Shown here one piece after another: positions 12,566 through 23,549 of a stretch of DNA of 63,735 nt. The position numbers were made by a program, and so were the translations under genes. The stretch's first letter is position 1. The number at the start of each line of letters is the position of its first letter. Under the pieces are notes generated by a model that was given only the letters and a program-made list of their open reading frames with translations, was not told where the DNA came from and made no database searches. Source of the DNA: Rhina ancylostomus (lineage: Eukaryota); the NCBI GenBank assembly GCA_030265395.1, contig JARFYF010000104.1, positions 40,377,734 to 40,441,468 of the forward strand, in the 5' to 3' direction.

Positions 12566-13740
12566 CTGGAAAACACCAACACAAGCTTTTGCCTGCACTC
12601 TTCGGTTTGCCATTGATCTCAAAGAAAGCCACCCACAAAGATTTAGTGGAATATGTGCTGCCAATTTCCTCCGTTTCAACATCACTGGTTAAAGAGGAAT
12701 TTTTAATAGCTAAGAACAATATTAACTAGCAGGTTAAGTAACCAATTGGAATGAAGAATCCTCAGCAGGAAATAAAAATTAAAGATAATTAACTTTTTAC
12801 ACAACATGAAATACAGCTCAGGATATACATGTGGAATAAAGGTAGAATATGAAATATCAGAAAAACTTACAATATTCTAATATTTAAAAAATATAATTTT
12901 TATCATGGAATGGAGGGAATGATGCTCTACACATAGCCTTTCAGAGCTAAAGAGGCTGTTTGGCAATAATTACAAGCTAGTATGATGTTAAAAATTCAGT
13001 TACCCCTCATTCAATAAGGCTTAACATTTTTAACAGCTTATGCAGGTAATAGTTCATAGTACGTTGAAAGTAACAATGAAGCCATCAGAAAGAGAAAAGG
13101 GGAAAAAAACATTTCTTTCTTGGTGGGGAGTCATGATTTATTCCACAGAATATGGAGGGAATTTTCTTTTGGGATGAGTTCCTAGAACATGAGATTCTTT
13201 GCCACAGGAATAGCTGAGAAAAGATTACATCTTTCTAACAAATGTAGTAAATGATTTGAACAAATGGAGAAAGCAAGGTTTTAAAAAGACTACTGCAGGA
13301 AGTGGAGCATATATGCATGATGTGCTCAACAAGCTTCTTCAAATACGGCCTATTGCTGCGATTCTTTCTAGTTACCTAACTCTTTGCCTTCAGATTCCTT
13401 TGGCAAACTTCCGTTTTGGTAAGACAACACTGGACTTGCTTATTAATTCATGCACCATGAATGTTGCAACCTGGTGGTAAATTGTCATTAAAAAAGTTCC
13501 CGATGTAATTGGTGAAAAAAAAAATCCTAATACATGCAATGCATGCAAAATGCTAGAGGAACCCAACAGGTCAGGCAGCATCTATGGAGGGAAATAAACA
13601 ATTGACATTTCGGGTTGACACTCTTGATGATTCCAGCATCTGCAGGATCTCTTGTGTATCCAAATATACAGTATACACTGTGCAGGGAATCTACTCTTTC
13701 TCATTATGTTAGCAGAAGAAGGTCCTGAGAGGTGACTTAC

Positions 13741-13854
13741 CCATAAAACCAGGCTGACACAAGCACACAAACCTTCCAATTCCATCCTGGCAGGCTGCAT
13801 TATTCTGGCAGGGGTCCGAGGCACACTCGTTGATATTTGTTTCGCAGTTGGTAC
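13741..13854 (-). CDS. SVEP1: SVEP1-family exon: calcium-binding EGF2
   Basis: tattag|GT ACC...ATG G|gtaagt. 114 nt. (G)[37 protein letters not shown]. The preceding intron is 83 nt. Confidence 0.93.
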
Positions 13855-13937
13855 CTAATACACAACGCAGTACATAAATGACATGCTTGTGAGATTGCAG
13901 TGTGTGGAGGAATGGAGTATGGAAATGTTACACCCAC

Positions 13938-14034
13938 CAGTAAATCCAGGCTGACACACACAAACATATCCAGACCCAATACTTTCACAACTTCCATTAT
14001 GTTGGCATGGCTGCAGGAAGCAATCGTTGAACTC
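13938..14034 (-). CDS. SVEP1: SVEP1-family exon: EGF1
   Basis: gaag|GAG TTC...ACT G|gtgggt. 97 nt, phase 0-1. EFNDCFLQPCQHNGSCESIGSGYVCVCQPGFT. The acceptor is NAGNAG, so 14031 is an alternative start. Confidence 0.9.
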
Positions 14035-15631
14035 CTTCATTTAAAAGAAAGAAAGAAAATAATTATCTCCAATTCACCAAAATGAGGTCTTCAATATAAC
14101 TACACAGTAGATGGCCCTTTGGCCCATTAAATCCATGTGGGCTTGTAGGGCAGCAATCCCATCATTCCAACTTCCCCCTCTACTTATTTCCTTGCAGCTC
14201 ATTTTCTCTTAAACATGCTCATCTGCTCCCATAATTCTTTTTGCCATTAACCTACACAAAGGAGTAATTTACAGTAGAAAACTAACCAACCAGCATGTCG
14301 CTGACACATGGGATGAAACCGGAGCACCTCAAGGAAACCCACATGATCATGAAGCGAATGTGCAAACTCCCCACAAAAAAACACCACAGGTCAGGATCGA
14401 ACACAGGCTCCAGAAGCTGTGAGTAAGAAGCACTAACTGATGTGGCATTGTACTACCCCACTTCTCATGTGGTAACATTTGCTTTAGTCAGTGTTCCTTT
14501 CCTGAAATATAGGGATTGTGGCTGCAGATTTTATGGAACTTGTCAATATTAACCCAAGTCTGGATTTGCCAATATCATACTTCTGGTTTCATGTGGAAAA
14601 CAAAGTAGTTTCTACATTTTTTTTACTTATAGGCTCTCACAATAATAGTTGGATACATTGCATCCAAAATTATATGGCAGCTATGTCCTGTCAAAAGATT
14701 ATGGCTCTAAGTCCCACTCCAAGAACCTGAGTTTGAAGTACAAGCTGACACTTCACGTACCGAACTGAGGGAGTGCTGCACTTGCATAAGTAGTGCTTTT
14801 TAGAAGAGAGAGATTAAACTGAGGTTCTGCTGCCTTCTAAGGTCAAAGAGGTCTTCCCAATTTCCTTATCAGAGTTATTGCTCAGTCAACATGTTTATAT
14901 ACAGATTATCTAGCAATTATCATATTGCTGTTTGTGGGAGATTCTTGTGCATACTTGGGATGCCACATTTCCTACCTTGCTTTGGAACATTTTGATAGTG
15001 CAATATAAATGCAGAACTTTGTGGCTGTGATCAATGTAACCAACACAAGGTTTGCAGAATTAAAATTAGATTCTGGAGCAAGCTGTAGCACCTCCTGGTA
15101 GGTACTTGCTGGGCCCTGTATTGATTGGTCAAACAAAACCAGTAGAGGAAATTTTACCATTGTGTGGTTGTGCAGTAAAGGTATATTTATGAAAGAAATT
15201 CAGGTAACGCTTGGGAATATTCTAAAATCAACTTTCAGTATTGAGAGAAAATACTTTCAGAATTAGTATATCAGGGAAGGAAGCCATGATGTTAGTCGAG
15301 TACTTGCAAGTTCTTTGCAGAAAAATCCAGTCATCATGTCCTTCCACTCTTAGCCCAGAACCCTGCGAATCTTTTACCTTCAAATACTTCTGCTACAGTA
15401 CATACTTCTTAACAGTTATAGAAGGATCTGCATCCATCACACTTTCAGACAGTGCATTCCAGATCTTAAAAACTCACTGTGTAAAGATTTTTGTTCTCCA
15501 TCTCTCAAATAGATATTCCCCTTTTATTTCTCTTTGGAAATGTAATGCCTCTATCATATCAGGTTGCATCATGTGCTATGTACCACATTAATAAAGTGAT
15601 TCACATTTAAATATTTTTAATCAAATTTTAC

Positions 15632-15717
15632 CTGATTTGCTCTAAATTTTGGTCTGCTCTCCAAAGGCGTTGGTATCAGTAGGCTGGCAGTTTCTGGTAT
15701 ATGTCCAGAATTGAAAC
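15632..15717 (-). CDS. SVEP1: SVEP1-family exon: short linker before the EGF repeats
   Basis: tttccaag|GT TTC...CAG|gtaaaa. 86 nt, phase 1-0, needed to bridge the neighbouring phases. (G)FNSGHIPETASLLIPTPLESRPKFRANQ. The preceding intron is 97 nt. Confidence 0.82.
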
Positions 15718-15814
15718 CTTGGAAAGTAAAAAATGTTGTTATATAGAATTTGTTTTCCAGATATTTTAGATGCCTGTCAATGCCATTTAATAAAAAAATG
15801 TGTTTTCTCCTTAC

Positions 15815-15976
15815 CAGAGCAATCACTACGGGAAGTCGCCCCAGTGATAGTGGTTGTTCCATAGAATGGACAGGCCAGACAGAATGACTTCCCTGCGTTG
15901 GGTTGATAGTAATCCCTGGGACAAGGGTAGCAGGGCATTATCCCAGAGCGGGAAATGTGACCTGCAGCACATGGCA
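15815..15976 (-). CDS. SVEP1: SVEP1-family exon: ephrin-receptor-like repeat
   Basis: tgtatag|TG CCA...TCT G|gtaagg. 162 nt. (V)[53 protein letters not shown]. Confidence 0.94.
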
Positions 15977-18495
15977 CTATACATACGGGAAAAGGCAAGG
16001 TTTCAGAATTTAATACACTCACTTTATTGCACAGAAACCACAACTTTTATTTCCTCTTGTTGTACTCTTGCTCTCCTTATGACTCCACTTCAGATGTTAC
16101 AGGTTAAACAACTCTGTCGAGTACCAAAGGTAACACTTTCATCACTTGGCCAGTTGGTCCTGAACTCCACTCCAGTTTCATGAGCTTGACAATCTGGTGC
16201 AGTAGTGAGGGAGTGCCTCATTATCTTTACTATAGCAATGCTAAAGAGGCATTTAGGCAGAAACATCAACAGGCAGGGACTAGATGGATATAGACCTTGT
16301 GCAGGCAGATGAGATTAGCTTAGACTGGCATCATAGTTGGCACAGACATCATGGGCCAAAGGACTCTTCTACTGTTCTATGTTCCATGTTCTATTAGTGC
16401 CATCTTTCAGATGAGATTTTAAACCACCTGGTGTCTCATGTTGATGCAAAATGTCCCATAAACTGCTCTGAAGAGGAGCAGGATAGATCTTCCTAAAGTC
16501 CAGTCCAGTATTAATATCTCAACCAACATCATCTTATTTGGACATTATCACATTGCCTTTTGAGGGAGCCTCTCGTGCACAAATTAGCAGCAATATTTCC
16601 TGCATTACAATGGTGACTACTCTTCAAAAATACTTCAGCAACTGCATAGGGTTTGGGAAGTCCAGAGGTTGTGAAAAGTGGTATAGAAGTGCAAGTCTTT
16701 ATCATGTCAAGACATATCATGGATCAGTCTGTATTCTCACAAACTAAATGGTAGGCAGTGTTTTAGGCTTATAGCTCATCTTGTTTTCAAGCACCAACTA
16801 ATATTATGTATGAGACACCCATGAAAAAAAAGCACAATTTAACGTTTGATTCTAAAGTCTCATGGCAACTATAACAAAATGTATTTATTCAGCACTTTTA
16901 ACGTAACAGCATGCCTCAAGCAACAAAATCAAAATTTGACATCTTAAAAGAAGTAGATTTTAAGGTGGAAGGAAAGGTAGGAAAGGAATTCCAGAGCTTA
17001 GGGCCTTGCCACAAGTGATTATTATAGAGCAATAGAATCTGGGAATGACCAAAAACACAGAATTGAAGACATGCATGGTTTCTGAGGAACCTGGGATAGA
17101 AATGTAGAAAGATAAAGGAGGATGAAGGCCATGGAGGGATCTGAGAACAAGGGGGATAACTTTAGAATCGAGGCATTGTTTAACTAAGAGTCAATATTGG
17201 TCAAAAGGTTTAGGGATAGAGCCACAAGAGACTGCAGATGCTGGAATTGGGAGCAACATAAAATATGCTGGAGGAATTCAACAGGTCAGGCAGCAATGGA
17301 GGGAAATGGACAGTTGACGTTTCAGGTTGAGATCCTTCATCTGGACCCTTTCATCTGGCACGGGATGATTGCTGAATAGAGCTTGGTGTGAGCTAAGACG
17401 AGGGCAGAACACTTTGGGATAACCTTAAGTCACAGAGGACAGAACAAGGGAAGCTGGCCAAGTGTACAATGGAATAGTGAAGTCTGAAGGTAATAAAGGA
17501 CATAAGAGGGTTTCTTAAGGAGCAGCAGACAGGCTGGGTCCACTGATCTGAGTGTCAGAGACCTGGGTCTTCTGAGTCTGAAAGTCCATAATGTGTTCAA
17601 GTTGCAGCAAGTTTTCATCACTTTTATGCAAGAATGCGAAAGGTCTACAAACTGCATGGGTAAGGATGCTTCTTGTTTGTCTTTTCACAACATGGCAGGC
17701 AATAGACTTCCAGTGAGAAATGATATCAGACCTCTTGCCCATTATCTCAGGGCTTTAGATGACCATGCAGCACCTGTGAAACAGAACTGTAGTATAATTT
17801 AACGTTCGTCCATTGGACTTTAAACCTAGGTCTAGTATCTGTAGGCTCTTCTGTGCTGCTGTTCGCATTAGTGAATTAATGAGGTAGGGCCATCGATAGA
17901 CCATCTGTGACTGAAGACAGTAATAATGTAATAATCAACTAACAGCAGTATTTGATACAACAATGTAACAAAGCCATACCACATGGTACAGTCAGTTCTT
18001 GAAATTACACTTGCTCAGATGGACAATACACCTAGTTATCAAATTTTTATCTTGTTTGAGATTCATATTTAGATTTTCCCTGGGTAGGGATGCTGATGAG
18101 ATCCCTGAGCACAGGGATGATGGAAAACACCTCATATTGTGCAACCATTATTCACTGGGGCATCAACAAAACAATGGGAATATACAAGTCACAAATGACA
18201 ATTAAAATTACATGCCATTGAAACAAAGCCTTTCTTTATCATTAGCTTTATCATTAACCAATGATCTTTATCATTGGTTAAATGAGGCATTGATGATTTT
18301 GTAGTTCTAGACCCTTTTTACTGGCTAAATTTAGACATCTTTTAATTCTCATAACATTTGGCAGTCTGCCTTTTACAGATGTGATGATTCTTTTAGTAAT
18401 CAAACAAAAAAGTACAGATGCTGGAAAGCCAAAATGAAAAACAGAAAGTGCTGGAAAAACTCAGGAGGTCAGGCAACATCTGTGGAAAGAGAAAC

Positions 18496-18534
18496 CAGTC
18501 AATGTTTCAGGTCAAAAGCCCTTCATCAGAACTG
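18496..18534 (-). ncRNA. Putative minimal type I hammerhead ribozyme motif inside a Penelope-derived repeat
   Basis: Minus strand CAGTT-CTGATGA-AGGGCTTTTGACCT-GAAA-CA-TT-GACTG. Stem I is CAGUU/GACUG, the core is CUGAUGA plus GAAA and UH, and stem II is imperfect. Confidence 0.55.
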
Positions 18535-19103
18535 AAAAAGAGATAGCAAGTTAGTCTAAATGGCAGGGGAGGTGGGGGAGGATAATGGGTGGAGCAAAGG
18601 GAATGTCTATTTTAAGTTGTTAGACTTTATAATAAACTCTTGCATTAATATTGCACTTCAATGAGTTTAGGACATCCCAAATACTTCAGAGCCAATGAAG
18701 TACTATTGAAGAAGTACAGTCACTGTTGTAATGTCGGAAAAACGGCACGCAACTTGTTCATAGGAAGCTCTCACAATAACAACAAGATTAACTGAGTAAT
18801 AGATTTTTGTGATGCTGATTAAGAAACAACCATTGGCTGTGGGATCAGGGATTGCTCTTTGTGTTTCTTTGAAATAATGTTATGCGATCTTTTACATTCA
18901 CTTGAAGAGTCAGTCAGCTCAACTGAAAGATGGCAACTCTGACAGTGCAGCATTCCTATGGTACTCTGATGAGAAGTCAGCCCAGTTTTTACTTACACTT
19001 AAAACTTTGGACTGGGACTTAAACCTGAAAGCTTCTGACTCAGAGCTGAAAGAATGCAATCTATTGAGCCAGAGACAATACTACAAGATTGCTTGAGACC
19101 TAC

Positions 19104-19265
19104 CTCCACATTCGGAAATTTCAATAGCTCCTCTTTTCACAGTGGTCAATTTATCTGGACACTGAAGGCACTTCTTTGCACTATAATCTGGCTGAAAGGT
19201 TCCCAATGGGCATGATTCACAAGTCTCCAGGCCATTTAGAGAGTAGGTTCCAGGCTTGCACTGAC
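19104..19265 (-). CDS. SVEP1: SVEP1-family exon: ephrin-receptor-like repeat
   Basis: taattag|GT CAG...GGA G|gtaggt. 162 nt. (G)[53 protein letters not shown]. Confidence 0.94.
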
Positions 19266-19852
19266 CTAATTAAGGAAGGTGAAGAAAAGCAGACAACAGA
19301 ATGTAAAACTTAAAAGTCTTATTTCCAAATACTTTAGAAAGAATCTACATTTCTGTGTTTAATTTTACTCTTTGATTATTTAAAAGGGTAAATAAGCAAC
19401 CTATTCATTAATTATTTGGAGGGCGCTCAAGGCAAGCTGAATTTGTCTTACAGTGGGTTCAGAAATTCTTTTCATGACAGCTTTCAAGATTGTGAGCTCA
19501 ATGTAACATAACATTTTTTTAACCTGATTTATATCGGTAGGTCTTGGTACAATTCATGGTGATAGCTGCAGCGTTTGGAAATCAAACACTCCCACAATTT
19601 AGCTACTAACGTAGGGTTCAAGCACTCAGAGGTTAGGGATGGCTTAATCCAAAACTGAGGAATGTGGTTTCCTTCACTTCTGTACCTATATTAAGAGTTA
19701 GGACACTTCCAATATTTAAAAAAGCAATGTGGTGTCTGGACTGAATTACCAGTAGGTTCAAATTTCCTCTGCCTCCCAGCAATGCAGGAAAAGTTCTCTG
19801 TTGCATTTATTAAAGTTTACCCAGGCCAGTGTCTGTAAACTGTGCGTCTTAC

Positions 19853-20014
19853 CCTTGCATTCATCAGTGCTCCTGCTGTGCATGTACTCAGTCGATGTTC
19901 CAGTGGGACACATCTTACATTCCAGTTGTCCCTCCAGATTCTGATAGGAACCAATCCAGCAGCTCTCACAATCCCTGTGTTCCAGTGAGTAAAATGTTCC
20001 CACAGGGCAGTTCA
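19853..20014 (-). CDS. SVEP1: SVEP1-family exon: ephrin-receptor-like repeat
   Basis: cttatag|TG AAC...AAG G|gtaaga. 162 nt. (V)[53 protein letters not shown]. Confidence 0.94.
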
Positions 20015-22239
20015 CTATAAGATTTTGCAAAGAGCAGAGAGAGAGAGGCCATAAGACAACATATTAAAAGGCATTAAGTCCATTTATTTGAACTGCAGGA
20101 ACAATTTTACCCTGCCATCACTAAACTGGAATGAACCAGGTGCAATGCTGGGTTTTATACCTTCTTATATGCAAAGCTCAGTGTTAAAGTCAAAGGGAGG
20201 GAAATCTTGTTTTGCACCAGATTCACAACCAGAGGTTTTGGTTTGAATCATAGCCATCTATGTTAAAAAACATTACCCATTTGTGTACATACAACCCCAC
20301 AATATTATTTTCTTATAAATTAGACTGGATTTCATTTTGAAACCTTATCACCTTTTTCCAAATGAATGTTTGCGAGTAAATAGTGACAGGTTTGGAACTT
20401 GCAAACAAATGAGTCCCAATCTCATTGGCTAAGCCCAGCAGTGATTTTCTGGTTGTCTATCATGGAGCAGGGTCTTGCTGACATGACACAGCATTTACCC
20501 TGTGCCACACTGGGGCCCATTCAAGTAACTGGCAATAATGGGGCTACTGGGAAAATAGGTAAGAATAGGTTACATTTTATTTTTACTATTTCCATTTGCT
20601 TCAATGTTTTTAATTATTTAAACACTTTAGTTATTTTTTTAAAAAAAAGCTAATGTTTTCAAAATCTTTTTGTTGTTAATTTCACAAATGTTCATGAATA
20701 CCTTGAGTATTCAGTCACACTGAAAATCCTTGATGGCTTTGACAGAAAGCAATGCTGGAAGGATGGTTTTACTGCCTGTCAATGGTTTCCGGATAAGTTT
20801 GTGGGAGGGATTGGTTATGGCTGCTTATGTCACTTGAGGCCCAGTAACTGACCAGGGCCACATATTTCAGAGCCAGGACAGATTCAGTCAGCAAGTCCAA
20901 CCTAACTGGTCTGGTGGCACAGGTAAGCATAGGACTGCAAGTAATCACTGTAGGCAATGGACCTTCACTCAGGTAAATCTAGGCCATTATTTACTCCAGT
21001 TGCTGGGCAATTGAGAACCTTCAGCTGAAGGTGTGACTGCCTGAACTACACCCGACTGCTCTGGCAGTTCTCTTCTGGTCCAAGAGCACGACTGAGTGTT
21101 GGTACTAATTTTCTTTCCTATTATTCTTAGAGTGCAAATGTTAGATAGCAGAAGCAGTTGAAAAGCGCCAAGTTATCATAAAACGGTTAACAGCACAAAA
21201 ACGTGCCTGGATCCCTTGTTAGCACTTTAACAAAGCAATACATCTAGACCAGCTCTCCAATGTAGTCTTGTCCTTAATCTAAGAGAGCTTATGTACATTA
21301 AAATCACTGGTTCTTCTCTGGGAAGGTTAGTTAAGTTTATGCCCATCTTCTCTGATCTCTAAAAGCAAAATCAAAACTGCAAATGCTGAAAATCTGAGTT
21401 GGAAACAAAAAAGTGCTGGAAATAATCAGTAAGTCAGGTAGCATCAGTTAACATTTAAAGTTGAGGACTTTTCTGACATCGCCAGAACTGCTTTTACTTT
21501 CTGATAATTTCTAGATCTCTTAGATAGTTTCTTCCTATAACAGCCTTAATATTTTCTGGCTCAAAGGAAATATAAAACATATCAATAATTAAGAACATTT
21601 ACTTAATGCTATGTTATTGCCGTGGGATTCCATTAATTAAAATGCAGCAAATTATAAAGGGACAAATTCTTGATGCAAAGGTTTGAGAAAAAGGCTCATA
21701 ATTTTGAGGAGTGTGATTTCTCAGGTTATCTTTACATATGTCCTATAACTAAGTACTGCATTTATAGAGAACCTCCGACATATTAAAACAATGTTCGACA
21801 CAGGAGCGTTATTAAATAAAATTTAATATCAATCTACATGGGGAAATGTTAGAATATCAAAAGCTTAGCAAAGAGGTAGATTTTAAAAAGGGCCTTTAAA
21901 GAGGAAGGTGAGGCAGAAGGGCGTTGGTAGGTAGTTCCCAAGTTTAGATAGCTAAAGATGCAGCTGTCCATGGTGAAGTGATGAAAAGCCAACATCATAG
22001 AGGGTGCCTCTGCCTGGATTTCGATATCAGGTTACAAGAAAGAGCAACCAACAGAACACATGCTTGATTATTCTTCTCTGATAACTCACTCAGGACCCCC
22101 ATCCGCCCCACCAGCTGGCTCTCACAACGTAGGCTTCCCTTCTGGACAATTGCCCCTGATCTTTTTCCCCACTTACAGCCGAATGCCATGCAGAGGCAGA
22201 TTCCAGTGTAGTTTGGGCTTCTGTGGGAACATTGACTAC

Positions 22240-22615
22240 GAGGGGGATACCTGATAATTGTTTATAAAATGATGAGAGGCATAAATAGGGTAGACAGCCA
22301 GAATCTTTCTCCCCAGGGTAGAAATATTGAATGCTAGAGGGCATAGCTTTCAGGTGAGAGGGGGGAAGTTTAGAGGGGATGAGAGGGGCAATTTTTTTTT
22401 ACACACACAGGGAGTAGTGGGTGCCTGGAGTGAACTGCCAGGAGTGGTGGAGGAGGCAGATATGGTAGTGGCGATAAAGAGGCTTTTAAGTAGGCATATG
22501 AATGGAGGGGTATGGATTATGTTGAGGCATCAGGGATTGGTTTAATTTGGCATCATGGTCAGCACCGACATTGTGGGCCGAAGGGCCTGTTCCTGTGTTA
22601 TACTGTTCTCTGTCT
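22240..22615 (+). mobile_element. CR1 LINE 3' end
   Basis: gtttataaaatgatgagaggcataaatagggtagacag...gggccgaagggcctgttcctgtgttatactgttct. A reverse copy lies at about 32380-32665. Confidence 0.75.
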
Positions 22616-23315
22616 TCAACCAGATACTAGAGCTGGTTCATTGGAAGATTGAGCTGACGTCTCAATAGGATTCACCTGAGCCAGGTAAATGGAAAATATT
22701 ACCATCAGTGTGATGGAAGCCCTGAGAGTTCCTTTGACCTTTAAGTGAAGAGATTCTGCCCTCCGAATATATGGCTTCAGTCTTGCAGAGTAGATGAAAA
22801 CCATCAAGACAACTTGGGCTTGGCATAAACACCATCTTACCAGAGTTGTCCCTATCCTATGAGCATATAAATGAAATGAATTTAGAATCACAATGCAGGA
22901 ATGACTCCAGGACATATGTTAAACATAGGGCCCTATAACTTTGGCAGCACAGCCCAAGCCCAAGTTTCTGAGTCATACACTTTCACAATTCACTGTGAGC
23001 AAGGTTCTGACGCCCAGCCTATGTGCAAGAGTTTAGCACCTTGACCACAACAGTATAAATGGGAGACAGAAAAATACAAAGCAAGGAGAGAGTCACTTAA
23101 AAGCTAGGAAGACTTGGAAGTCTTATCAAAATGATGAACGGCAAGAAAGAAGAAAGGAAAAAAGGAAGAAAGACAAAAAGGAAAAGGGAAAATTTGAAAT
23201 TGCACTTATAATATGCACTGTGTCCAGTGAATGCATAAAGATTTAACGAGCATTTACACCTTTTAAGTTAAAATATTTCTAAATCACTGCAAATTAAAAC
23301 TCCTAAAATTCTTAC

Positions 23316-23549
23316 CACACATGCGCTCCTTTAACACAGTGCCCGGTCTGCAGAATAAGACTGCTTTGTTGCTCTCCAGCGACTTGCTGTTTGACCGAGC
23401 CATCTCAGACCCAAAGGAAAACTGATACAGAGGTTCATTGTCCAACGCTCTTTTCAGCCGGCTTGTCACACGTTCCAAGGTGCTAAGAAGTCGCCTTTGA
23501 TTATCAGATTCTACAATGTCATTTTGATCTTTTGGTAGCGCTACACTGG
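23316..23549 (-). CDS. SVEP1: SVEP1-family exon: end of linker
   Basis: tttccag|CC AGT...TGT G|gtaaga. 234 nt. (A)SVALPKDQNDIVESDNQRRLLSTLERVTSRLKRALDNEPLYQFSFGSEMARSNSKSLESNKAVLFCRPGTVLKERMC. Confidence 0.92.
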
